Positions 1-14,418 of a stretch of DNA of 64,000 nt are shown piece by piece. The DNA lies in the NCBI RefSeq assembly GCF_006345805.1, contig NC_042997.1, positions 3,596,001 through 3,660,000 of the forward strand. The letters are read 5' to 3'. The first letter of the stretch is position 1; the number at the start of each line of letters is the position of its first letter. Both the position numbers and the translations under genes were made by a program. Below the pieces are notes generated by a model. The model made no database searches, had not been told where the DNA came from, and worked only from the letters and a program-made list of their open reading frames with translations. This stretch comes from Octopus sinensis. Taxonomy: Eukaryota.

Positions 1-31
1 GGAAACAGTAATTAATTTATAACTCGATTAT

Positions 32-418
32 GGATGGAAGCACTCCATCGGTTACGACGACGAGGGTTCCGGTTGATCCGAATCAACGGAACAGCCTGCT
101 CGTGAAATTAACGTGTAAGTGGCTGAGCACTCCACAGACACGTGTACCCTTAACGTAGTTTTCGGGGATATTCAGCGTGACACAGAGAGTGACAAGGCCG
201 GCCCTTTGAAATACAGGTACAACAGAAACAGGAAGTAAGAGTGAGAGAGAGTTGTGGTGAAAGAGTACAGCAGGGATCACCACCATCCCCTGCCGGAGCC
301 TCGTGGAGCTTTAGGTGTTTTCGCTCAATAAACACTCACAACGCCCGGTCTGGGAATCGAAACCGTGATCCTATGACCGGGAGTCCGCTGCCCTAACCAC
401 TGGGCAATTGGGCCTCAG
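32..418 (-). mobile_element. Full-length tRNA-derived SINE (Ceph-SINE-like, family not confirmed) with 12 bp target-site duplication
   Basis: The minus strand begins gaggcccaattgcccagtggttaggg (A box) ... ggtttcgattccc (B box). The identical flanking direct repeat taactcgattat sits at 20-31 and 419-430. Confidence 0.85.
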
Positions 419-814
419 TAACTCGATTATACATTCGCGCTAACCACGTAGGTAAATGGTTATGATTTTATAATGGATGATTGCAAGTGCATATAATGTT
501 ATAAACATTAATTTTAATGTTAAAGAGGTAGTTAACGAAACATATTTGAGGTTAGGCAAGACATTGATTTGGCTGGATACGGGAGCCTAATGATTTGATG
601 CATCTCTGTCAATGTTGGTTGAGGTAAACAGTTAACATTGTTTGCTGCTCATAGAGTGAGTGCCCACCCCTCTCTCTGCCCCTCTGTGTGTGTCTCTCTC
701 TCATTTCCCAAATTTGCATATAAATACTTGTATGTACACACAGACACATACATGTGTGAGTATTAATATATATGTATCTGTATTTGTGTACATATGCCTA
801 TATATACATACATG

Positions 815-882
<68 letters not shown>

Positions 883-1287
883 AATGGAAAGTTTATGAAA
901 ATAAACAAAAGACGAAGGCAAGTGGTGTACAGACAAACAAATGTATTAGTATAGCGCTCAGGAATAGAAAAAGTATTTTACATTTCGAGCCTACGCTCTT
1001 CTACAGAAAGATACACAGAAAAAAAAACAAGGAGAGAAAAAATATGTGTAGTAGCTAACGATCTCTCATGCCAATTCCAATAGAGTTAGAAGTTGTGAAT
1101 CCAACAGACTAAGGGATAATATCTATCCCATATATTGCTGGCTGATTACCTAATTTGTAATACAAAAGTGTTTTTTCATTGTATGGGAATTGCACTACTG
1201 AATGTAATTAATGTGTGAGAGTATATTATTGTTTTGCTCTTAATTTGATACCTAAACTTAAAATTACGAATTAAGAAAACGTTTTAC

Positions 1288-1530
1288 GGACCGGGGTGCG
1301 TGTTGTGTTCTTGAGCAAAACACTATATTTCACGTTGCTCGAGTTAACTCAGCTGTAGAAATGAGTTGCCACATCACTGGTGCCAAGCTGTATCGGGCTT
1401 TGCCTTTCGCTTCGATAACATCAGTGGTGTGGAGAGGTGAGGTTGGTATGCATTGACTTGCTCGGACTTGTGCCTCGGAGAGTAACTTTCTAGTGCAATC
1501 CCCTAGTCATTCATGACTGAATGGGATCGC
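1288..1530 (+). mobile_element. Degenerate SINE fragment (CORE/V-like central domain)
   Basis: gtgttgtgttcttgagcaaaacactatatttcacgttgctc...ctcagctgtagaaatgag resembles the conserved central domains of metazoan SINEs. Assignment is from recall. Confidence 0.5.
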
Positions 1531-1606
1531 ACCTCAATGTGCCTGTATGTACGTATGTGTGTATATAAGTATATGTATAATATACATGTCTATGTATATG
1601 CATCTA

Positions 1607-1642
<36 letters not shown>

Positions 1643-1643
<1 letters not shown>

Positions 1644-2725
1644 ATTCTATTCTTTTCCCCTCCCCCTCTCTCAACATAACTATATTAAAAACTATCTAAT
1701 CTCAACTCAATATATTCTAATCTTTATAGTTCTTTCGATTTTAGTTTTCTGAGTTTGTTATTTTAAGGTTAGGTTTGAAATTTTAATTTTCAATTTTGAT
1801 TCTTAATCCTTTATATCATATAATTTAACGGTTACGAAGCTTGGAATTCAATTTTGAACATCTGCACTGAATAAATATATTTATAACTTTCCCGAGATTG
1901 GCCTCCCCCGCTAGTCAACTGAAACTTTAACATATCTATATCGTTACCTTTAGTTTTATTTTTAAAAATGTTTATCTTATCATTCTTTACTTGGTTACCT
2001 CTATATTATTTTATTTTTATTCCCTCCCCTCTCCCATACGTACTCACTCACAAAATCCATTTAGGATATATCTGTCATTACATTTTCATATATTTTATAA
2101 TTATTCTTATTATTATGTTTAATTACATTGGTATTTCTATATTTTTTTATTTCATTCCTACTGTTCCCTTTTCCCACTGTCTTATTTTCTAATGCTTTCT
2201 CCTATCTCTCAGTCTTTATTTCTTTCTCTTCTCTTTCTCATACACTCAGTCACAAAACGCATTCATATCCATCGTACTTTCTCGCTAAAAACACACGTTT
2301 ACAATTTGAATACATCATTCAGAATACTGTCAAAACTAACTGGATTTACTGGGACTTTAACTAAAATCCTGTACCCTCATGGAAGTACTGACCAACATCG
2401 ATATCCTCTGGAATAAGATGGGCTGTGAATGTTATTCACCTGCCTATATTCTTCTGGCTGCTTTTAATCTTTATTCTTCTATTTTGTTTATTATAAACTA
2501 TGAAATTCATTCCTTGTAAACTGTAAATTTTCCACGTCTGAAATAGTCATAACTTGTCTCTGATGACGGGATATCCTGTGCATGGACATACTAACCAACC
2601 GCTTGGGTTCTCCCAGAAACGGCTGTAAAATTTCAAATTCTCCTGACCTTAATTAAATCATTCTAAAAGACTTAAGATTTCCGTTCTACCTGGTTTAGAT
2701 TTTTCCTCTAATTTAACTATATGTA
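1643..2725 (+). mobile_element. Penelope-like element 3' relic (GIY-YIG C-terminus plus hammerhead-bearing terminus)
   Basis: Frameshifted NWIYW / KILYPHG at about 2335-2392 resembles the WIxxLxTxxPxGLN end of the PLE endonuclease. An HHR core lies at 2560-2627, and the element ends ...aatttaactatat at a TA-rich tract. Confidence 0.6.
2556..2627 (+). ncRNA. Type-I hammerhead ribozyme motif, probably inactive (stem I disrupted)
   Basis: gtct CTGATGA c-ggga...tccc-a GAAAC ggct GTA. The core boxes are intact, stem II is GGGA/TCCC around a branched loop, and stem III is AC-GGCT-GT. The 3' stem-I strand reads aaat instead of agac. Confidence 0.6.
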
Positions 2726-2806
2726 CATATATACATACATACATATATACATATATCCATGTATCTGTCAATAGAAGCGTGTATGCTCAGTGTGTGTGTG
2801 TGGGTT

Positions 2807-2838
<32 letters not shown>

Positions 2839-3019
2839 CTTCTACATGTATAGTCTGATGATGTCATAGCTGTCAGAATCTTCAAAGTCACTGTCAGCAG
2901 TATTCTCAGTAAAGAAAAAGAAAACCAGATCTGAATTCTATAAAGGAATACACTAACCCTTTACATCCACGTAAAATTACTTTTATTATAACTAGAAATA
3001 AAAATATATATATAAAAAT

Positions 3020-3255
<236 letters not shown>

Positions 3256-5937
3256 GTTTGTGCGTGTGTATAATTAATATCAGTCTTCAACGCTTATTGA
3301 AATTTTTATATCTAATACCATATTCACATTCAATACTACAGTATTGATTTTGTGTTAATAACTTCCTGCTGACAGACATATACTATATATGTGAATTCTA
3401 CGTACAATAGTTATTTTCTATTTTTGAAAAGACGGATATCACTTCTTACAAGATTAGGTGACATTGAAGAGACTTGAGAAGATGAACGACTTGCTGGATG
3501 AAGAGGGTACATATATAATCAACCATTTCTACTTAAGACTGATTATATCATCCTTTGATGACTGTATCTAGTGCATAGAAAAAAGTATACATTCTATGAA
3601 AAGTTAACTTGTAAATGATAAGAAAAATCTCATATTTATCTGGTTACTTCAAATTATACTGACGCGCAACTAAGAACATGAATCTATGTGTAATTGTCAG
3701 TGTGATATTATATGAGTGAGTGGGTGTAGAATTTATCTGAAGAAATTAAAAGGTAATGATTTTATAATAGGTAAGTTATTCGAACGTTCTAAGTATTAGA
3801 AATTGGAAATGCAGTGTTAAATGAAAGAAACCTAAGTAGGAAATATATTTAGGTTATTTTAGGCGCTTCTTTGGCTGAATAGACGAGTGTAGCGACTGAA
3901 TGCTTTTCAGCGTGCTTAAGTCATTATCGGCGACCATATAGTATGACATTGCCAGCTGCTCGTATAATACCCATCTCTCTCGCTCTCTTTCTCTGTTTCT
4001 CTCTCTCTCTTTTTCTTGGTCTCTTTCATACAATCATTCACACTGAAACACGCACGGGCACATGCACACACACCCATACATAAACAAACAAGTATTATGC
4101 ATTGCGTCTGATTTCTAGCATTGCAAATAGAAAGTTTCATTAATTTGTATAATGTTCTTCAAATTGTCAAGCACTGTCTATAGATGGATTTTCAAAATTC
4201 GAATGCTGAATAGCTGCCTAATTTACTAGAATGTCCATACTCAATCAACAAAATGTACAATGAGCAATGAAGATCTTAATCTAATTTGTGTAAGGGAAGA
4301 AATATTTCTTCGCTATTGGGAAGAAGTAAGTCACGAAAGAAGTTGAGGTCTGATTGAGTCATTATTAATACGCTCGTCAAGAAAACGAAAAACAAAAAGA
4401 AATGAAAAAATACCCTAATTTGGCGTTCATAAGATAATGAAAATAAAAGCTATGAATTCTCCGTCAGCAACTGCAAAGAATTCCACATTTATATTTAATG
4501 AAGTTGAAGTATAATTCAAATTTGGTTCCCGGCACGAGTAAGAGCGCCAAAAAACGAAAGTGTTTCAAAAAAGAAAAAAAACAACAAACAAACATAAACG
4601 GGTTAACAAGAGACACACTAGAAACTTAGGTAAATCGTCCATGTCGATAAATGTTTATTTCAGTCTCCACCCAATGCTAGTACCAACAGCAATAAGCCTG
4701 CAGCATTTCCTGGAGGGTGTGAACTACAATCACAAACGCTACAATGGCTACCGGTATATCCTTTTATGTAAAAACAAATACAGTTTCGAAACATAAAGCT
4801 TTAGTTATCACACGATATTTCTAACAACAGAATCAATAACAATTTGAAAATTTGTTCCAGATTTGCTATGTTAAATTCAGTATAAAAGAATGACTTACAA
4901 TATAGAAGGAACAATAATGTTGAATATTTAATGCTTAAAGCAATTTATATTAAGATTAATCTCAAACAGAATTTATCTGGCAAGGCTATAGGCAAAGTAT
5001 AAAAAGCGGCAAATATTAGATAGGTAGAACAAGTACAAACATCTGATTACATCGTTTTTAACATTAAATATGCCATTTCACCTCAGTTCTGGAATAATTG
5101 GTTTATCTGTTAGTAAATGGTTTAATAAATATTATAACCGCCTTAGTATAGTAATGCATATAAATCGTTAGATATAACGGAGCTCGTTCTTGGCTTTGGA
5201 AAGATATAAATTCGCAAGTTTTTATATAAGAGCTGTTATTCGGACATTAATATTAGCCGTGCTAGAAAATATAATCTTAGCCTCCTAAGATTAGGCTCTA
5301 AAGTGTATAATGTAGCAGCAGGCTCGTACGATGAATCGAATAGTTTTGTTTATTAGAATAGGAAATGTTCCGCTACGAGGAATTTTGCATAGTAAGATTA
5401 ACCATTCAAATAGGTATTGTTAGCAAGATCATAATAAAATTCAATTAATTTTAATTAAGGAAAGAAGTTGGTACGAATTTTATCAATGCTGCTTGTATTT
5501 TAAATTGAATGATAAATTGTTGGATATTTTATTTAAATTCGTAAACATTTCCAGTAAATTTAAATATTCTATTTATCTGTATTGTAATCTCATACCAACC
5601 ACGTACTTTGAAGACTCTTCATGTAACTGTTTCTAATTTCATGTGTTCTTCCTTAGGTGAGAGGTACACATATATAAAATGATATATCTCATGCGTGTTG
5701 GATTCGACAATCAGTATTTGGTTTACTGATAATTTTGATTATCTACTTAATTATTTGAATCAGTTCAAGACTGAGCACTAGAAATATTTTCCAACCAGCT
5801 ACGGTGAAACCGATTTCAATCCAATTCGTTGGAATTAATCAAGGCTATATCAAAAGAAAATTTACCCGTTGGCACAGTGCAATAAGACAGAACAGGAAAT
5901 CTCGTGATAATAAAGCGATGGTCTTTGACATTGATTC

Positions 5938-5984
<47 letters not shown>

Positions 5985-6997
5985 AATATGTGCAAATGCT
6001 TGTTTATGTATGCAAGTACATATGAATCGTTTGCCTATGCAGACTTCAAGATTTACCAGTATGTTTTCGGGATTCAATGATCTTTCTCTATGAGTTTATG
6101 CGTAAAATTTAAAGATAGAAATATTTAAACAGAACTATGCTTACCATTGTGCAGTTTGCGTTCCGAAAATGTGTTGTGCAAGAATATTACTCTAGGCATT
6201 CATTACGTTTTAGCATATTTTGCGACTAGCTCTTCAGTGACTGACGTTGAATATTTCTTTCCTACTCTCTTATATGCAGGTAAAAGCATCACTTGACATT
6301 CAATCAGATTAAAACAATGTTTATGTGTGTATGATTCGTCCAGAATGCGTGAAATGTACTTGATATTGCCTAGAACATATGCACCCGTGAATTTTGCAGG
6401 GAGAACTCATTAAATTGATGGTTTGAAAGCGATGCTACCAGCATAAACTTTTGGATTTACTTTTTTATTTTTTCATAAGATACAACTCTAAATTGATATG
6501 TAATGATGCACATAAAGACGCAAATTCCTCTCACAGGAACGTATGTTGATCAGTAATGATCCAGAACTTTGAATATTATCTTTTCTGAAAACAATTCTAC
6601 ATTATATTTTCAGCACAGATTCGTTTAATCAGAGATAATAGCGGTTAGACAGGTGTGAATTGGTTCAGTTATCTACATTATACGGTTTAACGCTCCACCT
6701 TGTATTCAGTGGATTAATTTTGTATTTACTCTAAACAGACAATCCACTACGTAGCTGAAAATTATTTCCACCCTTGTCATTTGTTGTACGATTCGAACAC
6801 AACTTAATATAATCGCAAGCAAAGTTACTCGGAAAGAGCATCATATCATATTCTGCAATCAATGACCTATATATATATATATAATGACTTCAGTTTTTGG
6901 ACTCGACAAATAATTCGATTTTTTTACACCTATTATTAACTTTCGTGCTTGTGTGTGGTCGATAAAGTTGGCGAATCTATTTTTCATATTCAGGGCA

Positions 6998-7035
6998 TGA
7001 CGATGATGACGGAGATGATAATGATGACGATGATG

Positions 7036-7098
<63 letters not shown>

Positions 7099-7142
7099 GT
7101 AGTGGTGGTGGTGGTGGTTGTTGTGGTGGTAATGTTGATGAT
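6998..7142. repeat. (GAT)n-(GTG)n-(GTT)n trinucleotide array
   Basis: Direct reading. It accounts for the poly-M/poly-V ORF 6949-7242. Confidence 0.95.
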
Positions 7143-7367
7143 GATCTTAGCTTTACTTCATTTTTGGGTTTTATATTTTTATATTGCTTTTACTGCTCCA
7201 GTTGTTTCTTCATGCTTCCACTTTTTTTTAGAAAAGTTTTAATTTTGATACTATTTGTTAGAAATAATAAGGTTGATGCTTAACTGACGGAACGTTCCAG
7301 TTACTGGAAATACCAGTTGAGTTCTAAGACAGACTCTTTTCTTCATCTATTCAGATTGTTTTATCCC

Positions 7368-7582
7368 TAAGGTGGTGAGCTGGCAGAAACGTTAGCACGC
7401 CGGGAGAAATGCATAGCAGAATTTCGTCTGTCTTTATGATCTGAGCTCAAATTCAGCCGAGGTCGACTTTGCCTTTCATCCTTTCGGGGGTCTATAAATT
7501 AAGCACCAGTTGCGCACTGAGGTCGATCTAATCGATTGACCCTCCCCCCAAATTTTGGGCCTAGTGCTGAGAATAGAAAATA
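7368..7582 (+). mobile_element. tRNA-derived SINE, family A
   Basis: taaggtggtgagctggcagaaacgttagcacgccggg...gagctcaaattc (B box)...gcctttcatcctttcggggtc...aaattttgggcc. Homologous copies occur at 21029-21425, 22777-22990 and 52290-52470. Confidence 0.9.
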
Positions 7583-8149
7583 ATGTTTTATCTCGGAATA
7601 TACATTTTATGAGACTAACATCGACAATTGATAAGATAATAGAAGTGGTATGTGGGAGTTTTGATTGCTATTTCTAGCAGATCAAAAGTCCCCATAGAAA
7701 CAGTTACAACATAGACTTCTTTAGTGTTCATGCTTTTGTTTCTACACATTTCATATTTACAATTCTTATTCGTGGTATACCATTTAGTAGTTTTGCTTCT
7801 ATTATCAACATTTCTATCAGTAGTGCCGACGAGGTAGTAGTACTATCACAGAGCTACACAAACAAATCATGTAATTGTCATACTCGTCCACGCCAGGTGA
7901 TACGACGCCACTTATGGAGATATTGAAAAATATAATTCTTTGTCATCGTCGTCAGACATGACAAAATAAAAATACTAAAATATCTTCACCTTGAGGACAG
8001 TATATATCACATAATATTGTTCGTTATCACTGAATACTGTTCGTTACACATATAACGAGACAGCTCTATTCAAGTAACAATTGATGTCAGTAAATACTTT
8101 TAAACAAATTTGTTATCTCTAAACAGCAGCCTGTACGATTGTCACTCAA

Positions 8150-8900
8150 TGAGTTAACACAACCTATACGTTTATATAAGTAAGACTCAGTATTGTAACA
8201 AACCTCATACACGACCAAAACATTTATTGTACATAATGACAACTAAATACCCTAACAAAATACACGTAGCAGCATAAACTGAAGAACCACCACCCGACAC
8301 TTAAATCATCGCAATTCAGAGTCAACATATGAAGGAGCCAAGAGTTATAAGCACAAATCCCACACATTCAAGCACGCGTGCACGCGCACAGGAGCACATT
8401 CACATACATTTTGAAACACACAATTATAGAACAGAGCCACTATCGAAGAGAACATGGGCAAGCAGAATATGTATTCAATCTCCAAAGTTTGTGGCAGCGA
8501 ATGTAAATGTTAGATTAGATACTGGTGAAAGTAAAGATAGAAAACTTTGGTTTTTAATCGAAAAGGCAGTGAGTGAGCTTGAACTGGCTACAGAGGATGT
8601 TGATGGAGTTGTATTGAAAGACGGTGTCCTAGATGATAATGCTGGTTTGAGTGTTGAGAATGTAGGCGTGAACAATGAAGATAGAAGAATTATCGAATAT
8701 ATTACTGATATGCGCAATGATATATTGCTAGCCACTACACACAATTTTTCTCTCCTTGTTTCCTTCTGTGTTGCTTTCTGTGGAAGAGCGTAGGCTCCAA
8801 ACATTAAATACATTTTCAATTCCCGAGCGTTCTACTAATACGTCTCTTTGTTTTCTACACCAGCTGTATTCGTCTTTTGTTTTTTTTTTCCCTGAAATCT
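8150..8900 (+). mobile_element. Degenerate Penelope-like element (RT thumb and GIY-YIG relics, then a decayed hammerhead)
   Basis: NMYSISKVCGSEC followed by frameshifted DTGESKDRKL resembles the GIY-YIG VYxIxCxCxxxYIGES motif. An HHR relic lies at 8775-8808, and the tail motif cccgagcgttctactaatac is shared with the 19985-20198 element. Confidence 0.5.
8775..8808 (+). ncRNA. Decayed minimal hammerhead ribozyme relic
   Basis: ttt CTGtgGA a GAGC gtag GCTC cAAA CaT t aaa. Stem II is perfect and the architecture matches 20065-20099, but core positions are mutated. Confidence 0.45.
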
Positions 8901-9039
8901 CCCCATACTACTGGTATCATTGAAAAAAAAAGCCTGAGCATAGAATTAAATGCTTTCAAGGAAGTGGATAAAAATTTGGTTAGATATTGGGCTATAGATT
9001 TTTGATTTGTATGATATTTCTTAGGCAGATATTACGATA

Positions 9040-9275
9040 TGTAACATCTGTGTACGTCTTGAGAATTGGAGAAAACTTAAATCACCTATTATAAATGGAT
9101 TATTTGAAGACCTTTATTAAGAGTGGACGCGAGCATTGATAAGATCAAGAATTGTGAGATAAAGGAAAGAATTTGATGAGGATACATCCGAAGAACCATC
9201 TTAACCATGAAGAATAGATTCAATGGAAAGAACAAGATAAGTGTAATTAATACATACTCTGTCTCAGTGATGTTA
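9040..9275 (+). pseudogene. R4/Dong-like RT relic (internally deleted)
   Basis: Reads GENLNHLL*MDYLKTFIKS (the HLLYMDDLKL motif) and then RRTILTMKNRFNGKNKISVINTY. Confidence 0.6.
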
Positions 9276-9489
9276 TACGGCTTTGAGTGTTGTTTGGTGA
9301 ACAACGAATGAATTTGTGTAACTAGATAGATAAATCAGGAACGAACTCCATGCTAATAAATTATATTTTCTAAATATTTCAGCTCTTTGTTACCCATTTG
9401 TTCAACCCAAGGTATAATAATATCCATGATTTTGGTTTCCTTCTCTCTTTTTTTCCACTGCAACATTGTCTTCGCTACAAGAACCAATC

Positions 9490-10210
9490 CCTAAGTCACA
9501 CTGGATTGTAAAATCCCATAAGAACCTATACTCATTATTCTCTGTGGTTTTTAAAGACCGTTCTTTTCATACAATCACCAGTGAATAGATTTAGCTACAT
9601 GTCACTCCTCCTCATCGTTAGCCACCGGTCCTTTCTATTTTTCCTCGCGTTCGCATCTCTTGCACACTGACCGCACATTTTCTCTTCCTTCCATGCTTTT
9701 CCATTTTTTTCTTCATTTCTTGTTTCAATTTTCCTTTAGTTACACAATCTTCACTGTTGATGACACCAGGTTCCTTCATGTTTTCCAACTAAGTCTCCAC
9801 GACATTTTTTATATACCAACCTAGACGTTTTCTTCTGTTTCTGATACAGGCCTGGCAACTGATCAAATCTCTCCCAACCTTTCTCCTGGACAAGTACAAT
9901 CTATCGGTGTCACTCTTAGTGTGCAAGGCTCTGTGTGTTGTCAGTATTATTCTGGTCTTGGTATTATTTCTCCTTCCTTCTCTCTTTTGCTATTTTAATA
10001 TTTCCGCTCCATACCGAAGTGATGCTATCGCCCACATATTAGCTGCTTGGATTTTATTCCATCCAGTAAATTTTGAGCGCAACTCCAGCCTCAGACATTG
10101 GAAATACTCCGTCTTCATTTGCGCTTTCAATTTTTTCTCATTATCTCGTTGCACTCTAGTACATCATAACGGCGACTTGGTACAATCAGTAGCACACCAT
10201 TGAAAAGTAT
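9490..10210 (-). pseudogene. R4/Dong-like post-RT domain relic
   Basis: The minus strand reads EYFQCLRLELRSKFTGWNKIQAANMWAIASLRYGAEIL*...HRALHTKSDTDRLYLSRRKVGRDLI, homologous to HHPKSDIERLY in ORF 37225-38328. Confidence 0.75.
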
Positions 10211-11629
10211 TTTGTCCTTGATTTCGTGATTATATTTTGTTACTTTTTGTTGAATAAATAACTCTCGTTCAAGTTTAACCTTTATTGTTTATTCTTTAGG
10301 TGCTGACTCTTTATCCATTACTACAGAATGGAAGTGATACTGAGGATATACTGGGCAACTTACGTTTCAAGCAAACCACCATATGATCAAGCAACGTCAT
10401 CGTAGTAATGTATAACGCAATACACACCTACAACATCGGCAGGGCAGTACGTGACTAGGAAGATGTGACAGGAGACAAAACCAAACAAAAATTTTCGGTG
10501 GAGAGGCAGGCCTATGTCGTCCAACAGTATCGTGGGTTGCTGGTCGGATGGACTGATTAGAATGTCATGGTTCTTGTTTTCTCATCATCTGAAGATGGAT
10601 CACATATGTGACGAAGTTGCGAGCAGATACATGAAATAACTTTCATCTGTTACAACCTGAGCTGCATACCTCACCCTATATTAGGTTCAAATGGACTAGG
10701 GCGCCTACTCTTCCACTTTATGTAGAATGGACAATTTCCACAAAGCGGTTACTCATTTGCTATCAACAAACGATAGAAGTGAAGGACTGCATGCATAGTA
10801 TCATACACATACATATCTTACTCATTCATCTTAGAATGAACTCCTCTGCTATTTGAACTTATAGGATTACACTGAATTACCAATCTGTTAATTTTGTACT
10901 ATAATTCCATTAAATAATCTTGCAAATTTCATTTAATTGTCTGTTACATTTGACTTAGCCAGCAATTCAGAGCAACGGACTCTAGCAAACTATTCTACTT
11001 CAGGCATGGTTGTACAGTTATAAAAAATGGCTTTGCACAGCACATTGAACAAATATCTTCTACTAGGGTTCGGGGTCGACCGATGACATTTCAACGGATT
11101 TGATTGAAAAAAAAGTGCATGAAAGACCCTCATTCGTGTCGGTGTGTGTGAACGTGCGTGTGTATGTGTGTTTGAGAGCGTGTGTGTCAGTGTGGGTGGG
11201 TGTTTGTGCTTATGTTTGTGCTAACACACACAAAGTTTGATAAAAGTCAATGTTTTTTTTAGAGTGCGCATAAGCTATACAATAGAAAGTTAGGTACTGT
11301 GATTGGTTTCTTCAAGAATGTATTCCAGCGAGACCGCAGTTCAATGGCCGAAATAAGTGAATGAAGTTAGAATAAAAGAAACGCCAACGATTTTTCTTTG
11401 GAAATTAATATTCTACGTAGAATAAGGCGAGGAGCCGGTAAAACTGTTAAAATGCGTAATGGCATTTTGTCTGTCCTTACATTGTGAGTTCAAATTCTGT
11501 CATCCATTCAGGGTTTATAAAATAAGTGTTTGTTGAGCAATGGGGTCGAATTGATCGACTTGACCTTTTTAAGAAACAGATGGTGCTGTACCAAAATTTA
11601 GGACCAATATTCGACACAGAGCATGATAC

Positions 11630-11910
11630 AAAAGTCTCCATACATAGGAAAATTTTATCTTTTTCAAAGAAACAGTTTATAAGATTACCTGCATCCCCTG
11701 ATTTAACTCCTCTTGATTTCTATCTTTGGTAGCATTTGAAAGGCAACGTGTCTCGCGGAAAGATAAAAGACATAAATCATTTGAAGGAACACCTCACCAA
11801 CTCAATTGCACAAGTATTGGCAGATGTGCTATTACGATTTCACAATGAATGGGGTAAACCTATTGAAAAGTGTATTCAAAACAATGATAACCATATAAAG
11901 CCTGTTAAAT
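11630..11910 (+). pseudogene. Tc1/mariner-superfamily transposase C-terminal relic
   Basis: PASPDLTPLDFYLW*HLK at about 11690-11742 is the SPDLxPxDFxLWGxLK motif. No TIRs were found. Confidence 0.65.
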
Positions 11911-12329
11911 AAAACAAAATTGTCCTTATAAAATGTTTCTTATAAAAAGATAAATGGTTCTTATATACATGATGTTAGACTACTTTTAATGTAAAGTCTG
12001 ACAACCTCTTGTTCCTACATCTTAGATTCATCATGGCGTCTGATGTGGCTTTTTAACCAGGTAATGTATTGAAAAGTCACCCACATAGAATGCATATCTG
12101 ATTTGGGGCACCAGCAACTTGAGTTAATTTATGATCGTTATGGATGTTAAAATATCTTCTGAGTTCTCCATTTCTGTGATCTTATGGCATACAAAGCATT
12201 GCAAGGTGTGCACACCTTTCAATAATTATATTCAGAATAGTTGGAAGAGTTTCGTTTTCCATGGTATATATATTATACACACACATACTCATATGCATCT
12301 TCTATCTTTCGCTCGTTTCAGCTTGAGCG

Positions 12330-12526
<197 letters not shown>

Positions 12527-13683
12527 CTTACTCGTTATACTTATCTATGGAAAGCTGGAAGGCAGAATAGAATCCATAGTTAAACTAAGAGAAATAACTA
12601 GATAACGCTAGTTCTCCGCTGAATCGAATCTATCAGCGTCAGACAAGTATAATAGAGTCTAACGTAAAAAGAAAGTCTAGACGGCGGAAGGGAAAGATGA
12701 TTACAAGAATCACAGAACTCAAACTAGTATCACGAAATACAAATTTGAAAATTGATTGTACTAACAGCCGCCTATTTTAATCGATGTTCGAAAAATAAGA
12801 TATTTGATATAATTAACATGATTGATTTCGGCTACATACACACACCTTCAAATTAGTCACCTTGTTGTAGAAGAATGTGGATTCCAACTTTTTATTTGTT
12901 TATTTAATTTTTTGTTCCCGAAGACTTTTTTTTAAAATGAATTTTAGCTTCTTTACCTGGAATTAATTGTGGTGTAAGATGTCATTTAATCGTTGAAATA
13001 ATTTTCGTTTGTGATATTTTTACCTAGCGCTTACACATACACGCATACAGCCACACACACACACACATACACACACACAGACCACGCACGCACCATGTAC
13101 ACATAAGCACGCACATGCACAAATATACGAATATATGTATGCGTAAGGTAATTGTTTTCGTGTGTGTGAGTGTTTGCGCGCATGAATGTGTATATATATG
13201 TATGCAGTCAATGTATGCACGAGCGAACGTGGTGTTAGTGTGCATGCGTGTTAGAGTCAATGATAGGTTTTAAAGATAAATGATTTCTCAACATTCTGGG
13301 GTAATTTCGCTTCCCTTACCTGAAAGCAGATTTCATATCTGACACTCTACATATCTTTATAGGGTTATTTTTTATGGACGAAAATCCAGCCTGTTCTGGG
13401 TTTAAACATATAGGGCAAGTTAAGTAATTCGTATCGGTAACGTTTACATGACACGGCTGCTCTATATCATAATTTCTTCATGTAAACGCACGTGCGCCCA
13501 TGCACACACATACACATACCCTCACACACATGCAAACGTACATCCACACATTAACACCAATGTATATCTGTGTGTATATCAATCAAACAAATAAATTGAA
13601 TTATGTATATATGTATGTATTTATCTATCTACTCATCTTCCTATCTCTATATAGATGTATACACACACACACACATATATATA

Positions 13684-13729
<46 letters not shown>

Positions 13730-14305
13730 TATATATAAAACCAATAGATATATATGCATAAATATACATATTTATATATACACATATATATATGTATATC
13801 GATATGTTCTTTTATTCTTATATATATATATATATATATATTTACACATACATATGTATATAAGTAGTTTTCTCTCTCTATCTCTCTTTCCATCTTTCTG
13901 TCTTTGTCTCTGTCTGCCTGTCTCTCTCTTTATAAATCAAGAGGCCATCCTGCTTGGTTTCTTCATAACAAAAGAATATTAAAATATCAAAAGTTCAACG
14001 AGTTAATAAGAATTTAATTGAATACAATTAAACTCTACCAAAACAATATTTCTTACAAAATGCGACATAATCGGAAGGCTACCATTTAGTTAAGAACAAT
14101 ATGAAATAAATACGTGACAACTTGGCTTGTGTTATCTCTGTGCCCTTTTCTGGAACTGAATTCAAACTAAAACTACTTGTGTGGAAAATATTTTATTGTT
14201 GATATATACATATATAAACACACAAACTCAGAAGCACATACAAATACACACACATATGTATATATATATATGTGTGTGTGTGTGGTGTGTGTGTGTGTAT
14301 ATATA

Positions 14306-14337
<32 letters not shown>

Positions 14338-14374
14338 CTGACTATCTATCTATGTATGTATCTCTCTATCTATG

Positions 14375-14418
<44 letters not shown>

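Noticed and set aside
4295-4331. Possible 31 nt micro-exon (EEIFLRYWEE) ending in GTAAGT, plus other donor-like sites at about 3771 and 23479
   Set aside because: Isolated splice-like hexamers are expected by chance in 64 kb, and no consistent gene model emerges.
8329-8793. 154 aa non-repetitive ORF as a host gene
   Set aside because: It is better explained as a decayed PLE segment ending in a hammerhead relic, and no host domain is recognisable.
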